Origin: an uncultured Acidobacteriota bacterium | GTDB taxonomy: Bacteria; Acidobacteriota; Terriglobia; Terriglobales; SCQP01 | Length of the DNA: 64,000 nt | NCBI GenBank assembly: GCA_937898755.1 | Contig: CALEJU010000036.1 | Coordinates: 214,545-278,544, forward strand | Direction: 5' to 3' | Shown: positions 36,876 to 45,585 of the stretch, piece by piece | Numbering within the stretch: the stretch's first letter is position 1 | Layout: each line of letters starts with the position of its first letter | The notes under the pieces: generated by a model | Told to the model about the DNA's origin: nothing | What the model saw: the letters and a program-made list of their open reading frames with translations, nothing else | Databases searched by the model: none | Position numbers and translations under genes: made by a program

Positions 36876-37043
36876 GATCCGGTCTATACAAGTCGGTTAA
36901 TAGAGCGGCAGTGCGGGCCCGGAAGGACCCGACTTGACAGGTGATCGACCGCAGAGGGCGATCGCTGGTAGCCGGAAGCACTCCTGCACGATGACTCGTC
37001 GTCACACGACGCGCAGGTCACCCGTCCAGGGCCAGAGAGGAAG

Positions 37044-37393
37044 TGGTGGAGGCGGTGGGAATCGAACCCACGTCCGAAAGCGCTGCCAATTGAGAGACTA
37101 CGTGCGTAGATCGTTCCGGTGTGTTTCGCAAACTCCGATCAGAACGATCAAGAGTCGGAGTCCGCTAGCCTGTGCATCTCGCCCGCTGCACCCAGACACG
37201 TGCAACCGGCCAGCCCGCAAAAATGACGCTCAGTAGTCGCCTACGGGCGAACGACCGTGAGCGCGCTACTTAAAGATTAAGCAGCGTATGCCAGGTTTTG
37301 GTTGGCATTTCAGTGTTTCCATACGGTTACGGGGGCATGGTGCCCGACACGCCTCTCAATCTCATCCGCTCCCGTCGAAGCCGGGGCGCCCCC
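37044..37393 (-). ncRNA. ssrA: tmRNA (SsrA), about 350 nt
   Basis: The minus strand begins GGGGGCGCCCCGGCTTCGACGGGAGCGG and ends GGACGTGGGTTCGATTCCCACCGCCTCCACCA. This gives a 7-bp acceptor stem with G3:U, a tRNA-Ala-like T-arm and CCA. The internal tag ORF GCC AAC CAA AAC CTG GCA TAC GCT GCT TAA (37306-37277) encodes ANQNLAYAA. Confidence 0.92.
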
Positions 37394-37478
37394 ACTTCAG
37401 GGAGGCCTCCATTCTAGCACTTGCCGGCGAGACCCCCGTCCGAGTTCAGCGCCGCGGCGTGCCTCCCCTGCGGCCCGC

Positions 37479-37484
37479 TATAAT
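37479..37484 (+). promoter_or_regulatory. Perfect TATAAT hexamer just upstream of or overlapping the start of the 37483 gene
   Basis: TATAAT at 37479-37484. The first ATG (37483) overlaps it, and the second in-frame ATG (37492) lies 7 nt downstream of the hexamer, which is compatible with a leaderless mRNA. No convincing -35 element. Confidence 0.25.
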
Positions 37485-38517
37485 GCCGGGAATGGACTCT
37501 TCGGCTCCAACTCCGGATGCGACCGCCACGCGCGCCGCGCAACAGCTATGCGACGGTCTGCGTGCCCCGCTGGTCGCGGGGATCGAGTCCGCAGTTCGCA
37601 ACGCGCTGACCGCAGCCGCCCCGCAAGTGGAACAAGTGTGCCGGGAGCTGGCACGGAATTCCGCCCCGGCCGTCGACCCTTGGCTGGAGTGGCTTGGACC
37701 CCTCTTGCGCGCCAAACAGCCGACCGAAATTCTTGTCGGTTTGCTCGCAGCCGCGGAGGCGGCCACTGAGGCTGCCATTTTTGTCGTGCGCGGGTCCGAA
37801 GCCGTGTATTGGAAAGGTCGCGGTCTGGCGCCTGTGGCTGCCGTTGCCATCGAGACGGCATCGTGCTTCGCGCGTGCTGTCGCAACCGGTCATCCGATCT
37901 CGTGGGGTGCCAGCCAACCCCTTTGCGAGACCTTGCCGCCGGGAGTGTCGGCCGCTTCCCAAGGAGGGGTCCATCCCTTGCTGGTGCGCGGCAAAACCAT
38001 CGCACTCATCTACTGGTCCGGAGCGGGTGGCGCTTCTTCCGAACTGCTACCGCAACGATTGCAGCTCCTCGTCGAGGTTACCGGTCGCATTCTGGAATCG
38101 GGCTTGGGGACACGCGAGGTCCCCGCCCAAACCAGTTCCGCCGGGACCAACGCTGAAACTGCACCTGAAGCCGCCCCATCACCCGAACCGGTTGCGGCAG
38201 CGGTGCCGCCGTTGCCTGCTTCATCCTCCTCTCCGCTTGAGGCCCGTGCCCGACGTTACGCCAAGGTGCTGATCGAGGATCTCGAACTCTACTTGAATCG
38301 CGACCGGCCACAGGAGATCACCGCCGCGCTCGAGGAACGCGACCTCTACATTCGGCTGCGTCCTGACATTGAAAAGTGCCGCTTGTCCTACTTGGAGAAG
38401 TTTCCGCCCGCTTCCGGCATCGGTATCCACATTCTTGAAGAAGAGCTGGTGCGCGTGCTGTGCAAGGGCAATGCCGCCGTGTTGGGCTCGACCTATCGGG
38501 GACTGGCGGGGACCTGA
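37483..38517 (+). CDS. Hypothetical protein with GAF-like central region and conserved-looking charged C-terminal helical domain
   Basis: The track ORF begins at 37288, inside ssrA, so the true start must lie downstream (ATG 37483 or 37492). Central segment EAAIFVVRGSEAVYWKGRGL...HPLLVRGKTIALIYWSG looks GAF-like. A P/A/S-rich linker follows. C-terminus: ARARRYAKVLIEDLELYLNRDRPQEITAALEERDLYIRLRPDIEKCRLSYLEKF. Confidence 0.55.
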   Translation: MPGMDSSAPTPDATATRAAQQLCDGLRAPLVAGIESAVRNALTAAAPQVEQVCRELARNSAPAVDPWLEWLGPLLRAKQPTEILVGLLAAAEAATEAAIFVVRGSEAVYWKGRGLAPVAAVAIETASCFARAVATGHPISWGASQPLCETLPPGVSAASQGGVHPLLVRGKTIALIYWSGAGGASSELLPQRLQLLVEVTGRILESGLGTREVPAQTSSAGTNAETAPEAAPSPEPVAAAVPPLPASSSSPLEARARRYAKVLIEDLELYLNRDRPQEITAALEERDLYIRLRPDIEKCRLSYLEKFPPASGIGIHILEEELVRVLCKGNAAVLGSTYRGLAGT

Positions 38518-38525
38518 GCGCAAGC

Positions 38526-39356
38526 ATGAATGAATCTGCAACCCATCGCGCGTTGCAGGGACGCCGCATTCTCGTGACGCGAGCTGCGCATCAGAGCAGC
38601 GACCTCGTGCGTGGCCTGGCCGAGTTGGGCGCAGATCCCCTGGTCGTCCCGCTGATTGAGTTGCTGCCTCCCGAAAGCTGGGAGCCGCTGAATGCGGCGC
38701 TCACAGACTGGGGCCACTATGACGCCGTGGTCTTCACCAGCGCCAATGCGGCGCGCGCCTTTTTCGCTCACACGAAGGCGGCATTGAACGCCCGGCCGCT
38801 GTTGCCGCCGCCCCTGGTCTGCGCGATCGGGCCCGCCACCGCGGCCGCCGTGCAAACAGCGGGTTGGGATGTCGGCTTAATGCCCGAGAGTTTTGTGGCT
38901 GAGGACCTGGCGGCCACGCTGGCACGACGGCTGAGGCCGGGCCAGCGAGTGCTCCTGCCGCGGGCCGCGCGCGCCCGCGACGTTCTGCCTCAACACCTGG
39001 CCGCCCGCGGCATTCAGGTGGATGTCGCGCCCGTCTACCGCACCGCCATTCCCGCCGAGGCTCGAGCCCAAATGGAGCGCGTTTTCGCCCCGTCGGCAAC
39101 GGCCCTGTACGCCGTGATCTTCACCAGCGCCTCGACCGTGGAACATTTCGTGGAACTGCTTCAGAGCCTTTTCGGCAGCGCCTGGCGTGCTCGGTTGCAG
39201 CGAGTTCACACCGCCGCGATCGGTCCGATCACCCGCGAAGCCATCCTCGCCCATGGGTTGGCGGTCGCGGTTGAGGCCAGCGCGGCGACCCTGCCCGCCC
39301 TGATTTCCGCGCTGCAGGACTTCGCTGGACGCGATCCTAGCTCCGCGCCCGTATAA
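38526..39356 (+). CDS. hemD: Uroporphyrinogen-III synthase
   Basis: ATG at 38526 (MNESATHRALQGRRILVTRAAHQSSDLVRGLAELGADPLVVPLIEL...). Two-lobed HEM4 pattern with FTSANA and FTSAST segments. Confidence 0.85.
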   Translation: MNESATHRALQGRRILVTRAAHQSSDLVRGLAELGADPLVVPLIELLPPESWEPLNAALTDWGHYDAVVFTSANAARAFFAHTKAALNARPLLPPPLVCAIGPATAAAVQTAGWDVGLMPESFVAEDLAATLARRLRPGQRVLLPRAARARDVLPQHLAARGIQVDVAPVYRTAIPAEARAQMERVFAPSATALYAVIFTSASTVEHFVELLQSLFGSAWRARLQRVHTAAIGPITREAILAHGLAVAVEASAATLPALISALQDFAGRDPSSAPV

Positions 39357-39990
39357 GCCCGATGTCCGTCAGGCCGTTGAGCATGAATTGCACGGCAATC
39401 GCCGTCAGCAGCAATCCCATCAAGCGCATGAGGATGCGGATGCCGGTCTCTCCCAGAAAGTGTCGCACCCGGTCCGCTCCCGCCAGAATCAGGAAGGCAG
39501 CCACCGACGTGACGGCAATCGCCAGAAATACCGGCACGGCGCGAATGCCGCCATTGGACTCCCCGATCAGGACCATGACGCTCGAAATCGCACCCGGCCC
39601 GGCGAGCATGGGAATGCCCAGCGGAATAATGCCCACATCTTCCTTGGTCGCGCCCTCCAAGGCCTCGCCTGGTGCCTCCTGGGTCGGCGAGCGGCGTGCC
39701 TGTAGCATTTCCAGGCCGATTAACAGCAGGATCAGACCGCCCGCGATTTTAAAGGCCGGCAAGGTGATACCGAAGATCTTGAAGATGAGGCTGCCCGCCA
39801 GACCGAAGCTGCTTAGCACCACGAAACAAGTCCACGCGGCACGCCCTGCCATACGGCGGCGCTCCGATTGACGCGCTCCGGCGGTCATCACCAGAAAAGC
39901 TGGAATAGCCGCGAAGGGGTCCACCAGAAAGAAGATGGAACTGAGCGCGACCAGCGAGAACTGGGCAAGCGAACCAAAGGAGAAACTCAT
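39337..39990 (-). CDS. MarC family (UPF0056) integral membrane protein
   Basis: Internal ATG at 39990 (MSFSFGSLAQFSLVALSSIFFLVDPFAAIPAFL...). 217 aa with 6 TM helices and the typical MarC motifs (DPxxxxPxF, PLGIPMLAGPGAIS). Confidence 0.85.
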   Translation of the reverse strand: MSFSFGSLAQFSLVALSSIFFLVDPFAAIPAFLVMTAGARQSERRRMAGRAAWTCFVVLSSFGLAGSLIFKIFGITLPAFKIAGGLILLLIGLEMLQARRSPTQEAPGEALEGATKEDVGIIPLGIPMLAGPGAISSVMVLIGESNGGIRAVPVFLAIAVTSVAAFLILAGADRVRHFLGETGIRILMRLMGLLLTAIAVQFMLNGLTDIGLIRARS

Positions 39991-40106
39991 CGCGACAAGC
40001 GTCCTGCCGCAGTCTAACCCGGCCCTGGACGGGGGCGGCGCAAACAAAACGGCGCGCATTGGGTTCAGTGGCGCCTCGGCGCGGCGTGCAGCGCTTCCCC
40101 TCCCCG

Positions 40107-40112
40107 TATAAT
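40107..40112 (+). promoter_or_regulatory. Perfect TATAAT hexamer 12 nt upstream of the glutaminase-like gene start
   Basis: ccgTATAATcgttccgctcccATG. This would give a very short (about 5 nt) leader. No clear -35 element. Confidence 0.2.
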
Positions 40113-40124
40113 CGTTCCGCTCCC

Positions 40125-42218
40125 ATGACACGCTCTTCCCTGCTTGCCCTTGCTTTCGTCGCCACCCTCGCCGCGCAGACAGGCTTCCGGCCGCCGGCGG
40201 TTCCCCTGATCACACATGATCCCTACTTCAGCATCTGGTCCATGAATGACCACCTGACGGATGGACCGACGCGGCACTGGACCGGGACGCCTCAGCCCCT
40301 GACTGGACTGATTCGCATTGATGGACAGACCCTGCGCTGGATGGGCTCCGACCCACGTACACTCCCGGCGCTGCCGCAGATCGCCCTCGAGGTCACGCCC
40401 ACCCGCACCGTGTACACGTTTGCAGGAGTCGGAATCCAGCTCAAGGTCGCCTTCCTCTCCCCGCTCCTTCCGCGTGACATGGAGATCATGTCGCGTCCCC
40501 TCAGCTATCTCCTTTGGGAAATCAAGGCAACAGACGGGCGTTCGCATGCCGTGGAACTCTACCTTGACGCCAGCTCCGCCCTGGCGGTCAACACCGGCAG
40601 TGAAGCCGTAGTCTGGTCCCGTTCGAGCCTGCGGGGCATGGACGTTCTGCGCGTCGGCAGCTATCAGCAGCCGGTTCTGGCCACCTCGGGCGACAACCTG
40701 CGCATCAACTGGGGCTACTTTTACCTTGCCATGCCAAACGGCGCGGCGGCCGACCGCGCCACCGAATCCGTAGCTGCCGCCGGCGACGACACGCGACAGG
40801 CGTTCGAGTCTTCCGGTGATCTGCCCTCCTCCGATGATTTCCGGATGCCGCGGCGCGAGGCGGACCAAACCCCGGTTCTGGCCATGCGCGTCAAGCTGCC
40901 CCGAGTCGGCACAGCGCCGCTCACAGGGCACTTTCTGTTGGCCTACGACGACCTTTATTCCATTGAGTATTTTCATCGCCAACTCCGTCCCTATTGGCGC
41001 CGCAACGGCATGGATATGGGCGGTCTGCTGACTGCAGCGGAGCACGATCTACCCTCCCTCGATGCCCGCACCCATGACTTCGATCAGGAACTGTTGGCGG
41101 ACGCCACGCGCATCGGCGGCATCGGCTACGCGCACCTCGCCACCCTCGCCTTCCGTCAGGCGATCGCCGCCCACAAGCTGGTCAGCGACTTCGACGGCAC
41201 GCCGCTGTTGTTCTCCAAGGAAAACTTCAGCAATGGCTGCATTGACACGGTTGACGTCACCTATCCGGCGTCACCGGTGTTCCTCCTGCTCAACCCACGA
41301 TTGTTGGAGGCGCAACTTCGGCCGGTCCTCGACTACGCTCGCTCCCCACTCTGGCACTTTCCCTTTGCGCCCCATGATCTCGGCACGTACCCCCTGGCCG
41401 ACGGACAGGTGTACGGCGGCGGCGAGCGCACCGAAACCAATCAGATGCCGGTGGAGGAGAGCGGCAACATGCTGCTGCTGCTTGGCGCCCTCTCGCAGAT
41501 TGAAGGAAACGCCAGGTTCGCCGCTCCCTACTGGCCGCAGCTGCGACAGTGGGCCGAGTATCTGGCTGCGAAAGGACTCGACCCCGAGAATCAGCTCTCC
41601 ACCGACGACTTTGCCGGCCATCTGGCCCACAACACCAATCTCTCACTCAAAGCCATCCTCGCTCTCGGCGCTTACGCGAAGATGGCGGCGCAGCTCGGGC
41701 ATGGCGCGGAAGCGGCGCGCTATCACGCCAGCGCGGTCTCCATGGCTCAAGTCTGGGTGCAGCGGGCGCTGGACGGCGACCATTATAAACTCGCGTTCGA
41801 CAAACCCGGCACTTGGAGCCAGAAATACAACCTGGTCTGGGATCGCCTGCTTGGCCTGAACCTCTTTCCCGCCGACGTGGCGCGGACGGAGATGGCCTTT
41901 TACAAGCGGCATCTTCATCGCTTCGGGTTGCCTCTCGACAACCGCAGCACCTATACCAAGCTGGATTGGGAGGTCTGGACCGCAACACTGACCGACAACC
42001 CACAGGACTTCCAGACCTTAATCGCACCCATCGTGGAGTGGCTCGACGTCTCGCCCAGCCGCGTCCCACTCACCGACTGGTACTGGACCGACAATGGTGA
42101 GCAGCGCGGGTTTCAAGCCCGCTCGGTGGTCGGGGGCGTTTTCATACCCCTGCTGGCGCATCCGGACATCTGGCGGAAGTGGGCGCTGCACCCCGCCATG
42201 CCATCCAGTTCGCAATGA
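40125..42218 (+). CDS. Glutaminase-A-like protein (DUF5127/DUF4965/DUF1793 architecture), secreted
   Basis: ATG at 40125 (MTRSSLLALAFVATLAAQ signal, then FRPPAVPLITHDPYFSIWS, typical of the GtaA-like family). 697 aa with an alpha/alpha-toroid-like C-terminal half. The family assignment comes from remembered motif patterns, not from a search. Confidence 0.75.
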   Translation: MTRSSLLALAFVATLAAQTGFRPPAVPLITHDPYFSIWSMNDHLTDGPTRHWTGTPQPLTGLIRIDGQTLRWMGSDPRTLPALPQIALEVTPTRTVYTFAGVGIQLKVAFLSPLLPRDMEIMSRPLSYLLWEIKATDGRSHAVELYLDASSALAVNTGSEAVVWSRSSLRGMDVLRVGSYQQPVLATSGDNLRINWGYFYLAMPNGAAADRATESVAAAGDDTRQAFESSGDLPSSDDFRMPRREADQTPVLAMRVKLPRVGTAPLTGHFLLAYDDLYSIEYFHRQLRPYWRRNGMDMGGLLTAAEHDLPSLDARTHDFDQELLADATRIGGIGYAHLATLAFRQAIAAHKLVSDFDGTPLLFSKENFSNGCIDTVDVTYPASPVFLLLNPRLLEAQLRPVLDYARSPLWHFPFAPHDLGTYPLADGQVYGGGERTETNQMPVEESGNMLLLLGALSQIEGNARFAAPYWPQLRQWAEYLAAKGLDPENQLSTDDFAGHLAHNTNLSLKAILALGAYAKMAAQLGHGAEAARYHASAVSMAQVWVQRALDGDHYKLAFDKPGTWSQKYNLVWDRLLGLNLFPADVARTEMAFYKRHLHRFGLPLDNRSTYTKLDWEVWTATLTDNPQDFQTLIAPIVEWLDVSPSRVPLTDWYWTDNGEQRGFQARSVVGGVFIPLLAHPDIWRKWALHPAMPSSSQ

Positions 42219-42299
42219 AGCTTGAGTCAGCAGAGCCGTCAGCCGCCGCTTTATCCCGCACCCAAGTACCGTCAGCAACGGAGCCCGGGCCACGGCGTC

Positions 42300-43298
42300 T
42301 TATGCTTCCGCCAGCATGATTTTGCGCACACCGCGTCGTGCGGCATGACGCAACGCCGCCGGCGCGCGACGCAACGGATACGATTCCTCAATCAGTTCCT
42401 CAACGCGCACCTTGCCGCTCTGCAATAAATGCAAGGCGGGAGGGAACGGGCCACAGCGCGAACCCATAACCGTCACCTCGTTGACCACCAAAGGCGCGCT
42501 GTCAATGCGAATGTGGTCGTGCACCGTCGTCTTCAAGACGATGGTGCCGCGCGGTCGAACCAGATCCAGCGCTTGAGTCAGCCCTTCCGTCGAACCGGAC
42601 GCCTCCACCACGAGATCGAACTGCTGCCGCCAGGAGGACGGCAGTCGCACACTCGCCAGCCGCGCCTCCAGCCCCCAGCTCCGCGCCAAGCGTAATTTGT
42701 CGGGATGATGGCCGAGCAGTAGCAGTTCACGGGGGCGATGCGCAGCCAGCACCTGCGCGATCAACAAACCGAGTTTGCCGTCGCCTTGCACAATGATTCG
42801 GTGCTTTGCCGTGATCTCGATCTGTTCCAATAGAGCGCACGCGGCGGCCAAGGGTTCCGTAAAGACGGCGGCTGCATCGGAAATACCCGCGGGTACACGA
42901 TGCAAATTGCACAACGGCAGCGTGACTTCCTCGGCATGCGCTCCGGAGTGATCAACAATTCCCATCACCCTCCGGCGCCGGCAGTGTCTCGGCCAGCCGC
43001 GCCGACATAGATCGCACCACGCGGCACGCGCAATACCCAATCCGCGACAGGAGATATTGATCTCACCAACGACACGCGTGCCGAGCCAGGCCGCCCGCGG
43101 GGGATGCGTGGCAATCACCCGGCCGACAAACTCATGGCCAGGCACGCCCGTAAAGGCATGGTAGCCGCGCAGCAACTCCAAGTCGGTCTTACAGATACCG
43201 CTGCGCAACACGGCGATGCGCGCCCAGCCCCGCGGCAACGGACGCGAGCGCGTCTCCCGAACCTGCGCGCGACCGGCAAGGAAATGAAGGGCCAGCAT
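42300..43298 (-). CDS. Zinc-binding medium-chain alcohol dehydrogenase family protein
   Basis: 332 aa. Catalytic zinc motif (GICKTDLELLRG...VPGHEFVG), a structural-zinc Cys cluster and a Rossmann motif (IVQGDGKLGLL). Confidence 0.85.
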   Translation of the reverse strand: MLALHFLAGRAQVRETRSRPLPRGWARIAVLRSGICKTDLELLRGYHAFTGVPGHEFVGRVIATHPPRAAWLGTRVVGEINISCRGLGIARAAWCDLCRRGWPRHCRRRRVMGIVDHSGAHAEEVTLPLCNLHRVPAGISDAAAVFTEPLAAACALLEQIEITAKHRIIVQGDGKLGLLIAQVLAAHRPRELLLLGHHPDKLRLARSWGLEARLASVRLPSSWRQQFDLVVEASGSTEGLTQALDLVRPRGTIVLKTTVHDHIRIDSAPLVVNEVTVMGSRCGPFPPALHLLQSGKVRVEELIEESYPLRRAPAALRHAARRGVRKIMLAEA

Positions 43299-43310
43299 CG
43301 GATCGAGCGC

Positions 43311-43985
43311 TCAGCAAGCCGCCAACATGGCGCACTGAGCGCGCAGGTGCAGGCATTGCGGCGCCGAAAGACCCACAAACTCCAGACCCGTTGCGCCACT
43401 GCTCTCGCAACGCACCACGCGTGCGGCCAGCGCGATCGCCGCCTCCCGCAGGACACGGAACGACATCTGCACCGTAGCGTGCATCTGCAGCATGTCCGGT
43501 AGGTGCAAGAGCATTCCCGCCTCACTTAGGTTCACGCTGCGCCCGCTCAATTGACGCGCTCCGCTGCGGCATTCCACCTCCGTCTCAAAGGGGAGGCGCG
43601 GATAACGGCGCTTTTCCTGCAACCGGGAGGGGCGCACCGCCGCAATCACTCGACTCAAATCATCCAGCCGCAAGGGTTTGGGCAGAAAGAAGTCCACGGC
43701 GTCCGCAAACTCCGCCGGCACCGACCGAAACGCTCCGCTCATCAACACAACTTGGGTCTGGCGGTTGCAGGCACTGGCACGCATCACACGGGCCACTTCC
43801 ACGCCGGTCAACTCCGGCATCTGGAAGTCGGTGATCAAGGCGTTCACCGGATTCTTTGCCAGGTAGTCCACCGCCGCGCATGCCTCATCAAAGGCCGCCA
43901 CCTCGCAACCCAGTCGATCCAGGTACTCGTTGACCAAGGAGAGAACGTCGCGGTCGTCGTCGAGCGCGACAATTTTGAAGCGCAT
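43311..43985 (-). CDS. Response regulator receiver domain fused to PilZ (c-di-GMP-binding) domain
   Basis: 224 aa. Receiver domain: DDD at residues 9-11, phospho-acceptor context ALITDFQMPELTG and conserved PKP. PilZ: RxxxR (RRYPR) and D/NxSxxG (NLSEAG) motifs. Confidence 0.85.
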   Translation of the reverse strand: MRFKIVALDDDRDVLSLVNEYLDRLGCEVAAFDEACAAVDYLAKNPVNALITDFQMPELTGVEVARVMRASACNRQTQVVLMSGAFRSVPAEFADAVDFFLPKPLRLDDLSRVIAAVRPSRLQEKRRYPRLPFETEVECRSGARQLSGRSVNLSEAGMLLHLPDMLQMHATVQMSFRVLREAAIALAARVVRCESSGATGLEFVGLSAPQCLHLRAQCAMLAAC

Positions 43986-44102
43986 TGCCGATACAACCTA
44001 AACTTACAAACTGCCGGACACAGTAACTAAAAACCGACGGGTCTGTCAAACAGCATCGCTCCCGGTCAGCGGCAGCGCCCCCGGGGACCTCTCTTTTTCC
44101 TG

Positions 44103-45482
44103 TCAGCCCAAGCGCAACATCAAGTGCAGTCCCACCGCCAGCACGGCCGCCGCGGCGGTCCCGAGAAAATTGACGTCGTTGTTCTTGAGGATGCCTTCGC
44201 GCTCCAGCGTTGCTCCCAAGACCGAGTCCACCACGCTGCCGAGGTTCGCGGCAACCCAGATGATGACGAGATCTCCCCCATGGAGCAGGCCGCTGGCCGC
44301 TGCCACTGCGGTCAGGCCGGCGCTCGCCACCCATCCTGCTGCGGTCCCCGCAATGGAAACTCCGCCATCGGTTCCTGCGGCCACGGCCCGGCCAAGAAGG
44401 ATCATGTAAGTGCGCGCCCAGCCTCTGTCCGGAGACTTCACCCCGGCTAGTTGCCCCACCTCGCTGGATACCGTATCGGCGGCTGCTTCCGCCAAGGCCG
44501 CCGCCGCCGCTACCGCGCCCAGAACGCCCCAGCCCAGCAAGGAGGCCACCGCTGCCAGCGCGGCGACCCCGCCGTTCGCGATCGCTTGGGAGGTATTGCG
44601 TTTTCCCCCGCGCGATTCAGCCAATCCCGCCGTTCTTTTACGTGCGTATCCCCAGCCCGTCGCCACGTTTCCCATCACAAAAAAGGTCAACAACAAGAGA
44701 AACCCGACTCGTCCCAGCCCGAGATAAAGGGAGACGGCCACGACGAACCCAGTCACCGCTCCAGCCTCGGTCATAGCGCCCCCCCACGCCGCGAGGAGGG
44801 CCAAGGCGCCACACACTAGGATCGCCTCCAACCCATGTGGCGCGATCCGATGCCACACCTCCAAGCCGAGGGCAGACGACCAAATGAAGCCCAGTTTCAT
44901 CGCCAGCGCTCCGGCGAAGGGAGCAACCAGGTTGTCGTCGAGGCGTGACGGACAAAGCTCCGCAATGGCCGCCACCGCGGCTCCGAGCGACGCCACCACG
45001 GCCAGGCGCAACGTGCTGCCGGGCGCCTGCAAGTAATGCAGCATGAACCACGCGCCGGGGAATCCCACCAGCGCATAGGCGGCGGTGCCAACCCATGACT
45101 TGCGCGGGTTCAGCCGCCACCGCCGTGTAGCATGGCGCCCGAGGGCCGCCGCCGCCGCGTCGCCCAGGCTCAACAGGGCCCACGCCGCCGCGGCAATGTA
45201 AAGACTGTGGCGAAAAATGAACAGCAGGAGGAAAACGCTGACCGGGAACAGCAGAATCCCACCGCGTGCGGCTACATACTCTTCCCTGCCGGTCTGCCGC
45301 GTCAGGTTCAATTTGAACGCGGGCAGCCACGCCAGGTTAAACAGGAACGCCGCGACCGTCAGCAGCAACGCTTCACCCCACGTCAGGTAAGGCAGAAGCA
45401 GCGCCGGCAACAGCATGCTGGCATGCACCAAACGTCGCCAACTGGGCGCGAGGCCCAGTTGCGTGGTCGGGGCCCCCGTCAT
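44103..45482 (-). CDS. Fusion membrane protein: COG0170 dolichol/phytol-kinase-like (VTE5-like) N-terminal domain + DUF92/COG1836 (VTE6-like phytyl-phosphate kinase family) C-terminal domain
   Basis: N-terminal half: LSLGDAAAAALGRHATRRWRLNPRKSWVGTAAYALVG, the CTP-dependent prenol kinase pattern GD..A...G......K[ST].EG. C-terminal half: EAAADTVSSEVGQL, VAAGTDGGVSIAGTAAG and GSVVDSVLGATLE, which are DUF92 signature segments. Start is ATG 45482, or GTG 45557 as in the track. Confidence 0.75.
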   Translation of the reverse strand: MTGAPTTQLGLAPSWRRLVHASMLLPALLLPYLTWGEALLLTVAAFLFNLAWLPAFKLNLTRQTGREEYVAARGGILLFPVSVFLLLFIFRHSLYIAAAAWALLSLGDAAAAALGRHATRRWRLNPRKSWVGTAAYALVGFPGAWFMLHYLQAPGSTLRLAVVASLGAAVAAIAELCPSRLDDNLVAPFAGALAMKLGFIWSSALGLEVWHRIAPHGLEAILVCGALALLAAWGGAMTEAGAVTGFVVAVSLYLGLGRVGFLLLLTFFVMGNVATGWGYARKRTAGLAESRGGKRNTSQAIANGGVAALAAVASLLGWGVLGAVAAAAALAEAAADTVSSEVGQLAGVKSPDRGWARTYMILLGRAVAAGTDGGVSIAGTAAGWVASAGLTAVAAASGLLHGGDLVIIWVAANLGSVVDSVLGATLEREGILKNNDVNFLGTAAAAVLAVGLHLMLRLG

Positions 45483-45585
45483 TGCCACCGCCCGCACGGG
45501 TTTGGATTCGGACCAGCACCGGCGGTTTCCGGTGACGTCCCACCAAGCGTCTCCCACGAGCCTCTCTGAATCACGCGTCCGCCCC

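Noticed and set aside
35516-36937. 473-aa plus-strand ORF
   Set aside because: Antisense to the TonB-dependent-receptor-like gene and running toward the ssrA flank. No motifs, so it is a shadow ORF.
36734-37043. Possible riboswitch (for example cobalamin) or genomic-island junction between ssrA and the receptor gene
   Set aside because: No B12-box-like or other riboswitch core is recognisable. There is no integrase and no duplicated copy of the ssrA 3' end anywhere in the window.
36934-37482. ORFs 36934..37236 (+) and the first 65 codons of 37288..38517 (+)
   Set aside because: They overlap the tmRNA gene (37044..37393, minus strand), whose structure-defining ends and tag frame are clear. 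The real protein start must lie downstream of ssrA.
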